The notes beneath the pieces were generated by a model. The model had not been told where the DNA came from. It saw only the letters and a program-made list of their open reading frames with translations, and did not search any database. The position numbers and the translations under genes are program-made. Positions 27,300 to 37,506 of a DNA stretch of 49,520 nt are shown in pieces; positions within the stretch are counted from its first letter, which is position 1, and each line of letters begins with the position of its first letter. Source of the DNA: an uncultured Elusimicrobia bacterium (GTDB taxonomy: Bacteria; Elusimicrobiota; Endomicrobiia; Endomicrobiales; Endomicrobiaceae); assembly GCA_947168325.1 (NCBI GenBank), contig CAMVLN010000001.1, forward strand, positions 1 to 49,520. The letters run 5' to 3'.

Positions 27300-27500
27300 A
27301 TGCAAGATAGAATTGGAATGGTAGCAGGACAAATATGGCATTTTTTAAATGAAAAAGGAGAATCTACTCCTATAAAAATTAGAGCACATTTAGGGCTTTC
27401 TAATACTATGCTTTATTTGGCACTAGGATGGCTTTCTAGAGAAGGTAAAGTAAAAATAGTTCCTTTTGAATATACATATAAAATTTCTTTGGTTAATTAG
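27300..27500 (+). CDS. Small winged-helix protein (DUF2582-like)
   Basis: 66 aa. AGQIWHFLNEKGESTPIKI...LALGWLSREGKV matches the pattern I recall for the small stand-alone winged-helix family. Confidence 0.55.
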   Translation: MQDRIGMVAGQIWHFLNEKGESTPIKIRAHLGLSNTMLYLALGWLSREGKVKIVPFEYTYKISLVN

Positions 27501-27526
27501 TTTTTATTTATTAGTTGTTTCTACTT

Positions 27527-28246
27527 TTAATTGTACATTTTATTTAAAAAAAGTTTTAATGCCTGTGATGATACATTTGAATATTTCTCAAACTCGTTGT
27601 GACTTTTTGATAAGTTACCGTCTGCTAAATCTGAAATTGCCCTTATAACAATAAACGGAATTTTATTTCTCGTAGCAACTTGAGCTATTGCACATCCTTC
27701 CATTTCAACAGCTAATGCTCCAAAATAGTTATTTATTTCTTCTTTTATTTTTTTATTAGATATAAATTGATCCCCTGATGCAATTATTCCTTGATGAATT
27801 TTATTTTTAGATATACTTTTTTCTAATAAATTTTGGAATTTTTCTACTAAATTTTTATCACAATAATATTTTGTTGGCTTATCTTTTTCTTTTCCTATAC
27901 ACATATACCCTTTAGCATACCCTAAAGGACTAACATCAAAATCATGTTGAACTAAGTATGTTCCTATAACAATATCTCCTACATCAAGGCAACTATCTAT
28001 TCCTCCAGCAACACCCACATTTATAATAATATTTGGCTTAAAAGAGTCAATAATATACTGTGTATTTAATGCAGCATTTACTTTTCCTATACCACTTTTT
28101 GATAATATAATAAAATTATCTTTTATTCTTCCAGTAAATATGTATAAATCTGCATAAACGACTTCTTTTAAATCTATTAATTCTTGCTTTACAGAAATAA
28201 TTTCACATTCCATAGCACCAATTATTGCTATTTTGGTAGCTGTCAT
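27527..28246 (-). CDS. mtnN: 5'-methylthioadenosine / S-adenosylhomocysteine nucleosidase
   Basis: IAIIGAMECEI, VGVAGG, VEMEGCAIAQV, IRAISD. Confidence 0.9.
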   Translation of the reverse strand: MTATKIAIIGAMECEIISVKQELIDLKEVVYADLYIFTGRIKDNFIILSKSGIGKVNAALNTQYIIDSFKPNIIINVGVAGGIDSCLDVGDIVIGTYLVQHDFDVSPLGYAKGYMCIGKEKDKPTKYYCDKNLVEKFQNLLEKSISKNKIHQGIIASGDQFISNKKIKEEINNYFGALAVEMEGCAIAQVATRNKIPFIVIRAISDLADGNLSKSHNEFEKYSNVSSQALKLFLNKMYN

Positions 28247-28401
28247 TATATTCCTCCAAATTATTTTAAATTTATATAAAATTTAGTTAAAACCTCAATT
28301 GCATTCTACTAAATTTTTCTATCTTTTTCTATTTTATGTATTATTATTTCTTTAAAAATGTTATAATTACTGATGTAATATTAGTATATGGGGAAACAAA
28401 A

Positions 28402-29241
28402 ATGAATTTTCAAGAAATTATTATGAAATTACATAAGTATTGGGCAAAAGAAGGATGTTTAATTTGGCAACCTTACGATTTAGAAAAAGGTGCAGGAACA
28501 TTTAATCCTGCAACATTTTTAAGAACACTTGGGCCAAAACCTTGGAAAGTTGCTTATGTAGAACCGTCTAGAAGGCCTACCGATGGCAGATACGGCGAAA
28601 ATCCAAACAGATTACAGCATTATTATCAGTTTCAAGTTATATTGAAACCTGCACCGCAAGATGTTCAACAACTTTATTTAAACAGTTTAAAAGCTATAGG
28701 TTTAAATCCAAAGGAACATGATATAAGATTTGTAGAAGACGATTGGGAATCCCCTACACTTGGTGCATGGGGGCTTGGTTGGGAAGTTTGGATTGACGGC
28801 ATGGAAGCCACACAATTTACATATTTTCAGCAGGTAGGGGGAATAGAATTAAACCCTATTTCAGCAGAAATTACTTATGGGCTAGAAAGACTTGCAATGT
28901 ATTCACAGAAAAAAGATTCTGTTTATGATTTAATGTGGACAGATGATGTAACTTATGGAGATGTCCATTTGGAAGATGAAAAGCAATGGTCAAAATATAA
29001 TTTTGAAATTGCCAATACACAGATGTTGTTGAAACATTTTAATGATTGGGAACAAGAAGCTAAAAAACTTGTAGAGCAAAATCTTGTTTTACCAGCTTAT
29101 GATGCGGTTATGAAATGTTCACACTTGTTTAACTTGCTTGATGCAAGAAGTGCAATATCAGTTTCACAAAGAGTTAGTTATGTTTTAAGAGTAAGAACCC
29201 TTGCTAAACTTGTTGCCGAAGGTTATATAAAACAATTTTAG
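28402..29241 (+). CDS. glyQ: Glycine--tRNA ligase alpha subunit
   Basis: [41 protein letters not shown]...[17 protein letters not shown]. Start at the ATG at 28402, with GGGGA as SD. Confidence 0.95.
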   Translation: MNFQEIIMKLHKYWAKEGCLIWQPYDLEKGAGTFNPATFLRTLGPKPWKVAYVEPSRRPTDGRYGENPNRLQHYYQFQVILKPAPQDVQQLYLNSLKAIGLNPKEHDIRFVEDDWESPTLGAWGLGWEVWIDGMEATQFTYFQQVGGIELNPISAEITYGLERLAMYSQKKDSVYDLMWTDDVTYGDVHLEDEKQWSKYNFEIANTQMLLKHFNDWEQEAKKLVEQNLVLPAYDAVMKCSHLFNLLDARSAISVSQRVSYVLRVRTLAKLVAEGYIKQF

Positions 29242-29831
29242 TATATAGGAAAAAATTAGTATAAGTTTAATAATAATAGCATTATTCCTTAGTGTTGGAG
29301 TGTATACTATCACATTAGCACAACATCAAGATATGTAAAATAATCAAGAACAAATGAAATAAGATTTTGATGAAACAAGTAAAACTTTAAATATTATAAA
29401 CGACAAAAATCACAGATAAAACGACTGATGGAAAAAGATATCGCAAAAAAAAGTTAAGAACACAAATAAAAGAAAAAATGGAAGCAATAGATAATGAACT
29501 TGTAAAAGAAAAGTATAATGTTTCTGTAATAGAAAATTTAGCAAAAGAAATAGGACAAATAAACTTGAAGATTTTAAGAATAAAAATAGATTGAAAGATT
29601 AAAATGAGAAATATTTTGACTTTAAAACAATATCTTAAAAAGGAACAACAGGGAAAACAATATTTTAGAGAGTTTTTTAAATATAATAGATTAAATAATT
29701 ATAAAGGTTAAAGTGTTTGTTATAGCAAGACAATATAGTAAACAAAATAGAATTCGTGTGTTTGTAAAATTCAAATATTTTGTATGGCTTATGGATAAAA
29801 AATTTAATACTTATATTTTTATGTAGGGGGT

Positions 29832-30689
29832 TTATATATTATTCAACTTCTGGTTTAATTCTGTAATTTTATTTTTAGTTGCTTTTTTACCTTCATAAAC
29901 CATTAAATCAAATTTATTAAATTCTGTCCAAGATGTTTGTTTAACATTCGGGTTTATTAACATATCAACATCTTTTGTTAGTTCTTTATAAAGTAAATGA
30001 TTAGAAATAGAATTGCATCTATTTATAATACTTTTTGAGTTGGTAGGAATAGCTTCTAATATTTTTAATTCACCTATCACATATGAAGCTATAACAAAGT
30101 CAGGTTTAAATATTTTTGTTGCCGTTACAGGTGTAACATTTACAAAAGCACCATCAGTGTAGTAGATATTATCTATATTTACAGGAGGAAATATTCCAGG
30201 CAAAGATGCTGAAGCTAAAACTCTTGTTCTTATAGTACCTTTTGTAAAAACTTTTTCTGTTCCGTTTGTAATATTCGTTGCTACACAAGCAAAAGGAATT
30301 TTTGTATCTTCTATATTTATGTTTGGTAGTATAGTATCTATCATTTCTTCAAACATTGAATTAGATATAAAAGAATTATCTTCTTGAGAGCCATATTTTA
30401 CAGCTTCTTTTGCCCTTCTTATAAAATTTCTTGTAGAAGAAACTTTGCTATCATCTTGCATTTTTTTAATATTCATTTTAGAAAACATTACATTAAAAAT
30501 ATAATCTTTTAAAATTTTTTCTACATTTTTGCAAGATGTGTTTATTGCATATAATGCTCCAATGATTGCACCCATAGAAGTTCCTGTAATACAATCTATT
30601 TTTATATTGTTTTTTTCTAAAATTTCTAAAACTCCAATATGAGCTAATGCTCTTGCCCCACCACCACTCAATGCTAATGCTATTTTCAT
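29832..30689 (-). CDS. Patatin-like phospholipase
   Basis: Oxyanion GGGARA, nucleophile elbow GTSMG, catalytic DGA(F). Confidence 0.85.
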   Translation of the reverse strand: MKIALALSGGGARALAHIGVLEILEKNNIKIDCITGTSMGAIIGALYAINTSCKNVEKILKDYIFNVMFSKMNIKKMQDDSKVSSTRNFIRRAKEAVKYGSQEDNSFISNSMFEEMIDTILPNINIEDTKIPFACVATNITNGTEKVFTKGTIRTRVLASASLPGIFPPVNIDNIYYTDGAFVNVTPVTATKIFKPDFVIASYVIGELKILEAIPTNSKSIINRCNSISNHLLYKELTKDVDMLINPNVKQTSWTEFNKFDLMVYEGKKATKNKITELNQKLNNI

Positions 30690-30704
30690 AATAAATCCTT
30701 TTAC

Positions 30705-31751
30705 TTATTTTTGTCCTAATTGCCCGCAAGCCGCACCAATATCAAGCCCTTTTGGCTCTCTAATGTTTACTGTTATACCGTTTAATTTCAATATTTTTTT
30801 AAAATTTAAAATTGATACTTGTAGGGGACTTTTATAATCAAAACTATTTGTTTCGTTGTAAGGTATTAAATTTACTTGAACATTAGGATTTACAATATTA
30901 CTTGCTTTCATAAGTCTTGCAAGTCTATGAGCATCACTAGAAGTATCGTTAAAATCTTTTAACAAAATGTATTCTATTGTAACTCTAGATTTTGTTTTCT
31001 TTAAATAATATCTACATGTATTTAACAAATCTGTTATTTTTGTATCAAAATTGTTTGAAATAATTTTTTTTCTTTGTTTATCATCTGTTGCATGCAAAGA
31101 AAGTGCAAATCTTACTCCATACATTTCATTAGCAAGATTTTTTATTTGAGGAATTATCCCCATAGATGAAACTGTAATATGCCTTTTCCCAATATTCATT
31201 TCGTTTTTTGATATAAGTGTTTTTATTACTGATGTTAAATTTTTATAATTAAGCATAGGTTCACCCATACCCATAAACAATACACCACAAACTCTTTCTT
31301 TTATATCGTTTTCTATATATAAAATTTCTTCTAATATTTCACCTCTGGATAAGTTTCTCATAAATTTTGCTTTGCCGGATAAACAAAACTTACAAGAAAT
31401 AGGGCAACCAACCTGTGTAGAAATACATACTGTTTTTTTGCCTTCAGTATTAAGGCAAACAGCATAAATATATTTATTGTCATAAGTTTTAAATGTGTAT
31501 TTTATAGTTCCATCAAGTATAGATTCTTCTTTAATTACATCTGTAAAACTTCTTAAAATAAAAGAAGATTCTAGGTTTCCTCTAATATCTTTTGAAATAT
31601 TAGAAAAAAGTTTAAAATCTAAAATTTTTTTTACATAAATCCATTGAATAATTTGAGATACTCTATAATTTTCTTTTACAAAAGGTTTTAGTATTGAATA
31701 TAATTTATCAGTTTCAATATCTAAAATAAAAGTTTTTTTTGTTTTTGCCAT
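30705..31751 (-). CDS. rlmN: 23S rRNA (adenine2503-C2)-methyltransferase, radical SAM
   Basis: CPISCKFC radical-SAM motif, GMGEPMLNY, C-terminal DIGAACGQL. Confidence 0.9.
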   Translation of the reverse strand: MAKTKKTFILDIETDKLYSILKPFVKENYRVSQIIQWIYVKKILDFKLFSNISKDIRGNLESSFILRSFTDVIKEESILDGTIKYTFKTYDNKYIYAVCLNTEGKKTVCISTQVGCPISCKFCLSGKAKFMRNLSRGEILEEILYIENDIKERVCGVLFMGMGEPMLNYKNLTSVIKTLISKNEMNIGKRHITVSSMGIIPQIKNLANEMYGVRFALSLHATDDKQRKKIISNNFDTKITDLLNTCRYYLKKTKSRVTIEYILLKDFNDTSSDAHRLARLMKASNIVNPNVQVNLIPYNETNSFDYKSPLQVSILNFKKILKLNGITVNIREPKGLDIGAACGQLGQK

Positions 31752-32623
31752 TAATATATTACCTTTGGGATATTGTATTGTTGTGTATTAACGAGTTTAG
31801 CCATCTCTTCAAGTTTTTTTATTCTATCTTGAATTGGAGGATGAGTAGAAAACATATTTTCTAAACCGCCACTTTTAAGAGGATTAACTATAAACATATG
31901 TGCTGTTTGAGGATTAACATCATTTTTTGTTCTTAAATTTCCTTCGCTTAATTTTCTAAGTGCAGAAGCTAAAGCTAAAGGATCATTTGAAATTTTTGCA
32001 CCGTCTGCATCTGCAATATATTCTCTTGACCTTGAAATTGCCATTTGAATTAACATTGCTGCAATAGGAGCAAATATCATAAGTAATAATGCAATTATTG
32101 CATTGTTGTTTCTGTTTCTATTTCCACCAAACCAAAAACCAAATCTTACAAGTACCATTATAGCCCCAGCTAAAACTGCTGCTATACAACTTATAAGAAT
32201 ATCTCTATTTTTTATGTGCGACATTTCATGGGAAATTACCCCCCTTAACTCGTTGTCATTTAATAGTTGAACAAGCCCTTCAGTAATTGCAACTACTGCA
32301 TGCTGGGGATCTCTACCTGTAGCAAAGGCATTTGGCATAGAACTTTTTATATAATAAATTTTTGGTGTAGGTATTTGTGCTCTTGCAGCAAGGCTTGATA
32401 CCATTTCATATAATTTAGGTTCTTTTTCAGGAAGTATAGGCATTGCTTGATACATTGAAAGTACAATTTTATCACTAAACCAGTATGAAAAAAAATTTGC
32501 AGCAATAGCAAAAATAAAAGCATAAGTCATTCCAACTTGCCCACCAATAAGTTCACCTATTATTAAAAAAAATATTGTCATTAACAACAATAAAAGAAAT
32601 GTTTTTATTGAATTTGAGTTCAT
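31751..32623 (-). CDS. htpX: Zinc metalloprotease HtpX (M48)
   Basis: HEMSHIKNRD (HExxH) and four TM segments. The ATG at 32623 lies 8 nt after AGGAGG. The stop overlaps the rlmN start (TAATG). Confidence 0.9.
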   Translation of the reverse strand: MNSNSIKTFLLLLLMTIFFLIIGELIGGQVGMTYAFIFAIAANFFSYWFSDKIVLSMYQAMPILPEKEPKLYEMVSSLAARAQIPTPKIYYIKSSMPNAFATGRDPQHAVVAITEGLVQLLNDNELRGVISHEMSHIKNRDILISCIAAVLAGAIMVLVRFGFWFGGNRNRNNNAIIALLLMIFAPIAAMLIQMAISRSREYIADADGAKISNDPLALASALRKLSEGNLRTKNDVNPQTAHMFIVNPLKSGGLENMFSTHPPIQDRIKKLEEMAKLVNTQQYNIPKVIY

Positions 32624-32709
32624 ATACAATACCTCCTACTGATACAAACATAGTAATTATACTAAAAATTTTATGAATAGTGCATAGAATAGCTTTAATA
32701 TATTATGAA

Positions 32710-32937
32710 TTATAAATTAGTTTCTATTATTTTTATTTCCTCTTCGGTGAGATTGTAGAGTTTATAAACAATATTATCTATTTTATCATCAATAGAGTTT
32801 GCTATTTTTTGAAGGTTTTCAACAACAGCTTGTGAATTTTCTTTATATTTTTCAGTAGTATGAATTTTTTCTTTTTTGTCATGTACAAATGTTTCTATCG
32901 GGCATCTATATACTAATATTTTTTCCTTTGTAGTCAT
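32710..32937 (-). pseudogene. Probable C-terminal remnant of a type IIG/Eco57I-like restriction-modification enzyme or DNA methyltransferase
   Basis: The 75-aa ORF ends in IDNIVYKLYNLTEEEIKIIE. This matches the stereotyped (V/L)Y.LY.LTEEEI..IE tail of those large enzymes. No methylase or nuclease body is adjacent. Confidence 0.4.
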
Positions 32938-33018
32938 TTCTTCTTTGTACTTTAAATTTTTAATTTTTTAATCAAATTTTGCTACAATCTGCAAATATCC
33001 TAAAATTATTGAAATATA

Positions 33019-33327
33019 ATGATAAAAATTGATTTAACTATTGATAATAAAATCGTTAAAGATGTTTATGTTGCTAAAACCTTTTATGAAAGATTTAAAG
33101 GATTGATGTTTGTTTCAAAACAAAATTCTTTTAATTTATTAATTGAAAATTGCAACTCTGTTCATACTTGTTTTATGAATTTTAATATTGATATTTATTG
33201 TTTAGATAAAAGCTATAAAATAGTGAAAGTTTATAACAATGTAAAACCTTTTAGGTTCATTTTACCTATAAAAAAAGTTTGTAATATTTTAGAAATTCCA
33301 ACTACAAATAAAAATTCTACTATTTAG
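33019..33327 (+). CDS. DUF192 domain protein
   Basis: FYERFKGLMF...NCNSVHTCFMNFNIDIYCLD..YKIVKV resembles the DUF192 (COG1430) pattern. Confidence 0.6.
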   Translation: MIKIDLTIDNKIVKDVYVAKTFYERFKGLMFVSKQNSFNLLIENCNSVHTCFMNFNIDIYCLDKSYKIVKVYNNVKPFRFILPIKKVCNILEIPTTNKNSTI

Positions 33328-33333
33328 ATAATA

Positions 33334-33361
33334 TTTTGTATAATAACTTTTGTATAATAAC
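33334..33361 (+). promoter_or_regulatory. Tandem 14-bp duplication carrying extended -10 elements upstream of ackA
   Basis: TTTTGTATAATAAC occurs twice. Each copy contains TGTATAAT (TGn-TATAAT), about 105-130 nt upstream of the ackA ATG. Confidence 0.35.
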
Positions 33362-33464
33362 TGGCAAGGTAAGATTTTTCAAAAAGTAGAAATAGTGTAT
33401 GTTTTATAGTTTGAATAGAGTGCATAGTATAAAGGTTATATATAAATAAAATTAGGGGAAAAAA

Positions 33465-34676
33465 ATGAAAGTTTTAGTAGTAAATTGTGGTTCATCGTCA
33501 GTAAAATATTCTTTGTTTGATATGCAAACTGAAACAAAAATTGCCTGGGGGCTTGTAGAATGTATTGGTCTTGAAGAATCTTTTTATAAAAGGCAAACAG
33601 TAGCAGCACCTCAAGTAAAATCTGCTTGTAAAGTTGCAAACCATTTTGAAGCAGTTCAAATGATAATAACAGATTTATTAGACTCAAAAACTGGTAGTAT
33701 AAAAGATATAAAAGAAATAGCAGTTGTTGGTCATAGAGTAGTTCACGGTGGATACAAATTTTCTAAACCTGTATTAGTTAGCGAACAGGTAAAAAAAGAT
33801 TTAAAAGAATGTTATTCTATAGCTCCATTACATACACCACATCACTATGCAGGAATAGAAGCCATAGAAAAAATGTTGCCGGGTGTTCCGTCAGTATTAG
33901 TTTTTGATACAGCTTTTCACCAAACAATGCCGGATTATGCTTTTAGATATGCAATTCCAGAAGAATATTATGAACAAGATCATGTAAGAAAGTATGGTAT
34001 GCACGGCACATCACATAAATATGTTACACAAGTAGCAGCAAAAATGTTAAACAAAGATAAAAATGAAGTTAATTTAATAACTTGTCATTTAGGTAATGGA
34101 AGTTCTATTACAGCAATAAAAAATGGTAAAGTTATAGATACATCAATGGGTTTTACTCCTTTGGCTGGGCTTGTTATGGGAACAAGATGTGGTGATATAG
34201 ACCCTGCAGTTATAGTTCATATATTATCAAAATATCCTAAAATGACATCGGATGAATTAAACAATCTTCTAAATAAGCAAAGTGGTGTTGCTGCTGTTTC
34301 AGGTATTAAAGGTGGCGATATGAGAGAAATTGAAGATGCTATGCTTAAAGGAGATAAAAAAGCAGAACTTGCATTCAATATGTTGTGTTATAGTGCAAAA
34401 AAATATTTGTGTGCATATTATGGAATATTAAATGGAATTGATGGAATAGTATTTACAGCAGGCATAGGGGAAAATTCCCCACTTACAAGGGAAAAAATTT
34501 GTGAAGGATTAGATAATTTAGGAATAAAAATAGATAAATCTTTAAATGAGCCAAGAAGTAGCAAAGAAAGATTTATTTCTTCAAGCAATTCAAAAATAAA
34601 AGTTATGGTTATACCTACAAATGAAGAGTTGATGATTGCTAGGGAATCTATTGATGTTTTAAATGAAAATAAGTAA
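33465..34676 (+). CDS. ackA: Acetate kinase
   Basis: [56 protein letters not shown]. Confidence 0.95.
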   Translation: MKVLVVNCGSSSVKYSLFDMQTETKIAWGLVECIGLEESFYKRQTVAAPQVKSACKVANHFEAVQMIITDLLDSKTGSIKDIKEIAVVGHRVVHGGYKFSKPVLVSEQVKKDLKECYSIAPLHTPHHYAGIEAIEKMLPGVPSVLVFDTAFHQTMPDYAFRYAIPEEYYEQDHVRKYGMHGTSHKYVTQVAAKMLNKDKNEVNLITCHLGNGSSITAIKNGKVIDTSMGFTPLAGLVMGTRCGDIDPAVIVHILSKYPKMTSDELNNLLNKQSGVAAVSGIKGGDMREIEDAMLKGDKKAELAFNMLCYSAKKYLCAYYGILNGIDGIVFTAGIGENSPLTREKICEGLDNLGIKIDKSLNEPRSSKERFISSSNSKIKVMVIPTNEELMIARESIDVLNENK

Positions 34677-34951
34677 AACAAGAAATAACAACAAAATACA
34701 GAAGTATAGATGTATAGAAATATGTAAGATTGAAAAATTGTAATGGTAATTTATAAATTTATATTGTAGGATGTATAATTAAATTTTAGTTGAAAATTGA
34801 TATAGCTTAAGAGAATGAAGTTTTTTTGTGTTGTACTGTCATTTTGCGGAGCTCTAATCTAATTTAAAAGTTAAAAAAATTTAAAATTGTTGATTTAGTT
34901 TAGTTGGAACCATTAAATAAAAAAAATACATAAAATAAAAATTTTTAGAGT

Positions 34952-35024
<73 letters not shown>

Positions 35025-35203
35025 CTTCAGATATTTTAGTTTCTTTATCTCTTACTAATTACCATTTACCATAAGTTGTTTTATTTTTATAAAAATATGG
35101 TATATTTTTGCCATTTATTGTTAGCAAGATATTTAAAAAAAAAATTTTTTTTAATATAATAACAAGGTTGATAGGTAAAAGATAACATTACGAAGGAGCT
35201 AAT

Positions 35204-35464
35204 ATGAAATACAGTATCTGTAAAGGTGTACTTTGGCAAGAGACAGATGGAGAAGTAGTTATTGTCGCTCCAAAGCAGGATCCTGCATATTTAAATGAAT
35301 CTGGTAGTATTATATGGAAACTTATTGATAAAGGTTATAATGAAACAAAAATTGTAACTGAATTGTCTAAAGAATATAGTGAAGATGAGACAATTATAAA
35401 AAGAGATGTCAATGATATAATAAAAGATTTATTGAAAAATGGATATATAAAGGAAGATAATTAA
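35204..35464 (+). CDS. PqqD-family (RiPP recognition element-like) small protein
   Basis: 86 aa. VLWQETDGEVVIV...AYLNESGSIIWKLIDKGYNETKIVTELSKEYSEDETIIKRDVNDIIKDLLKNGYI follows the PqqD pattern (LN.tg..iW.l.dG...eI...l...y.....D+..f+..L...g.i). Strong SD AAGGAG. Confidence 0.65.
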   Translation: MKYSICKGVLWQETDGEVVIVAPKQDPAYLNESGSIIWKLIDKGYNETKIVTELSKEYSEDETIIKRDVNDIIKDLLKNGYIKEDN

Positions 35465-35477
35465 GGGGGCTTTGTAA

Positions 35478-36380
35478 GTGAATTTTTATAAACTTTTGAT
35501 TTTATTTGTCAGTAGTTTAATAATTGTTAGTGGTTGTAAAGAAAAAGGTGATATTATAGCAAAAGTTGGTAAAGATGCAATAACAACAGATGTTGTTTAT
35601 GAAAAGTTAAAGTCTGCACCACATGTATATCAGACTTATATAAATAGTGAGTCCGGTAAAAAACAATTTATTGATTTGCTAATTAGAGAACAATTGATAT
35701 TACAATCAGCAAAACAAGTAGCTATAAATAAAAGAGAAGAATATAAAAAATCATTGAATGATTTTAAACAAGAGCAAAAAAGGCAGTTAAAAGATTATGA
35801 AGAAAGTTTAATGATAGAGATGTATCTTAAAGAAGTTCAGGAGAATTTTATTTTTGCAAAAGAAGAAGAAATAGATGAGTATTATAATGAGCACAAACAA
35901 GAGTTTGATAGTCCAATAGCAGTTACCGCAAAGCATATTTTAGTTTCTACAAAGGAAGAAGCTGAAGTTGCACTTAATAGAATTAAAAAAGGTGAGAAGT
36001 TTGAAAAAGTTGTACAAGAAATGTCTACAGATACAGTTTCTGCTAAACAAGGTGGATTAATTGGTCCTTTTAGAAAAGGGGAACTTGTAAAAGAATTTGA
36101 AGATGTTGTTTTTAATTTAAAAAAAGGTGAAGTATCTGATATTGTGGAAACACCTTTTGGGTTTCATATAATAACTAAAGTATCTGAAGAAAAACTACAA
36201 CCTATTTCAAAAGATATAGCAAAAGTAGAAATTAAGTCTATTGTAGAAAGAAATAAATTTGAAAAATGGTTTGAGGATACAAAAAATAAAATAGATGTAT
36301 CTATTGATTATTCAAAATTAGATAAAATAAAATCAACGGGCGATATTGCTGATACAGATACAGTTAATAATGCTCAATAA
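35478..36380 (+). CDS. PpiC/parvulin-type peptidyl-prolyl isomerase lipoprotein (PrsA-like)
   Basis: Lipobox IIVSGC. Parvulin domain AKHILV...GGLIGPFRKGELVKEFEDVVFNLKKGEVSDIVETPFGFHII. GTG start 8 nt after AAGGGGG. Confidence 0.85.
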   Translation: MNFYKLLILFVSSLIIVSGCKEKGDIIAKVGKDAITTDVVYEKLKSAPHVYQTYINSESGKKQFIDLLIREQLILQSAKQVAINKREEYKKSLNDFKQEQKRQLKDYEESLMIEMYLKEVQENFIFAKEEEIDEYYNEHKQEFDSPIAVTAKHILVSTKEEAEVALNRIKKGEKFEKVVQEMSTDTVSAKQGGLIGPFRKGELVKEFEDVVFNLKKGEVSDIVETPFGFHIITKVSEEKLQPISKDIAKVEIKSIVERNKFEKWFEDTKNKIDVSIDYSKLDKIKSTGDIADTDTVNNAQ

Positions 36381-36444
36381 GAAAATATAGAATTAGATGA
36401 TTTTCAAACTGATATAAACAATACATAATATGGGGGAATATAAA

Positions 36445-37494
36445 TTGAAAAAGTTTTTAACTTTAGTATGTATACTTTGTCTAGTAAATGGAATTATTTT
36501 TGCAGAAAAAGTTATTGATAAAACATTGGCAATAGTTAATGGAGAGCCACTGATGAGTTCAGAGTTTGATAAAATATTAACTCCAATGTTAGAACAGTAT
36601 AGAGCAATGACACCATTAACAGATCAAACTGATATGAAAATTAATGAATTAAAAAATCAAATTTTAGAACAAAAAATTGATCAAATGATTTTGCTTCAGG
36701 AGACAAAAAAACAAAAAATAAGAGTTGAAAAAAGGGAACTAGATGAAGCTATGAATCAAATAAAAAAAAGATTTCCTAGCAACGAAACTTTTCAAGCAGA
36801 ATTAAAAAAAGAAGGTTTATCTCTTGTTCAATTTGAAAAAAGGATAGAAGAACAGTTGATGGTTAGCAAACTTATTGAAAAAGAAATGAAAAATAAAGTT
36901 AAGCAGCCAAGTGAAGCAGATATTAAAAAGTTTTATGATAATGTTATAGCAAAAATGAGGGGTAAAGATGTTGGATTATCAAAAGAAGAAGATGAAGTTG
37001 TTGATGGTGTAGCAAAGTTATTAAAGAGAATGTCTTCCGAACAAGTAAGGATTAGCCAGATTTATATTAAGTGTGATAAGAATGCTACCCAACAAGATAG
37101 AAAAGCTGCTTTAGGTAGAGTAGAAAGTGTAAAAAAGGAATTAGCATCAGGTAAAAGTTTTGAAACAATATCAGAAAGATATTCTGAGGATTCTATTCTT
37201 AAACAAAGAAAAGGTGATATGGGTTTTGTTATAAAAGGAGATTTAGATAAAAGATTGGAAGATAAAGCTTTCAGTATGATTGTTGGGCAATATACGAAAG
37301 AACCAATACAAACAGATTCAGGATATCATTTCTTAAGGGTGAAAGAAAGTAAAGCAAGTTCTTCGTTTACTTTTGAAGATGTTAAAAACGATTTAGCAGA
37401 AGTTTTGTATAGACAAAATGGTAAGAAACTTTATGACAAATGGATTTCTGATTTAAAAGCTAAGTCAAGTATAAAAGTTAATCAAGTTTGGTAG
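36445..37494 (+). CDS. SurA-like periplasmic chaperone / parvulin PPIase
   Basis: Signal peptide KKFLTLVCILCLVNGIIFA. SurA-N-like domain (IVNGEPLMSSEFDK). Parvulin domain (ISQIYIK...KGDMGFV...SGYHFLRV). Start is uncertain: a TTG at 36445 after GGGGGA, or the ATG at 36430. Confidence 0.8.
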   Translation: MKKFLTLVCILCLVNGIIFAEKVIDKTLAIVNGEPLMSSEFDKILTPMLEQYRAMTPLTDQTDMKINELKNQILEQKIDQMILLQETKKQKIRVEKRELDEAMNQIKKRFPSNETFQAELKKEGLSLVQFEKRIEEQLMVSKLIEKEMKNKVKQPSEADIKKFYDNVIAKMRGKDVGLSKEEDEVVDGVAKLLKRMSSEQVRISQIYIKCDKNATQQDRKAALGRVESVKKELASGKSFETISERYSEDSILKQRKGDMGFVIKGDLDKRLEDKAFSMIVGQYTKEPIQTDSGYHFLRVKESKASSSFTFEDVKNDLAEVLYRQNGKKLYDKWISDLKAKSSIKVNQVW

Positions 37495-37506
37495 CAGATA
37501 TAATTA

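Noticed and set aside
28247-28401. T-box leaders upstream of glyQ, and upstream of proS (42468-42700)
   Set aside because: No T-box consensus (AANNNGGGTGGTACCGCG-like), no specifier-loop architecture and no terminator/antiterminator pair is visible in either leader.
30493-30729. 78-aa ORF overlapping the patatin N-terminus and the rlmN 3' end
   Set aside because: It is out of frame inside a well-supported gene, has a Tyr/Arg/Trp-rich composition without motifs, and has no SD.
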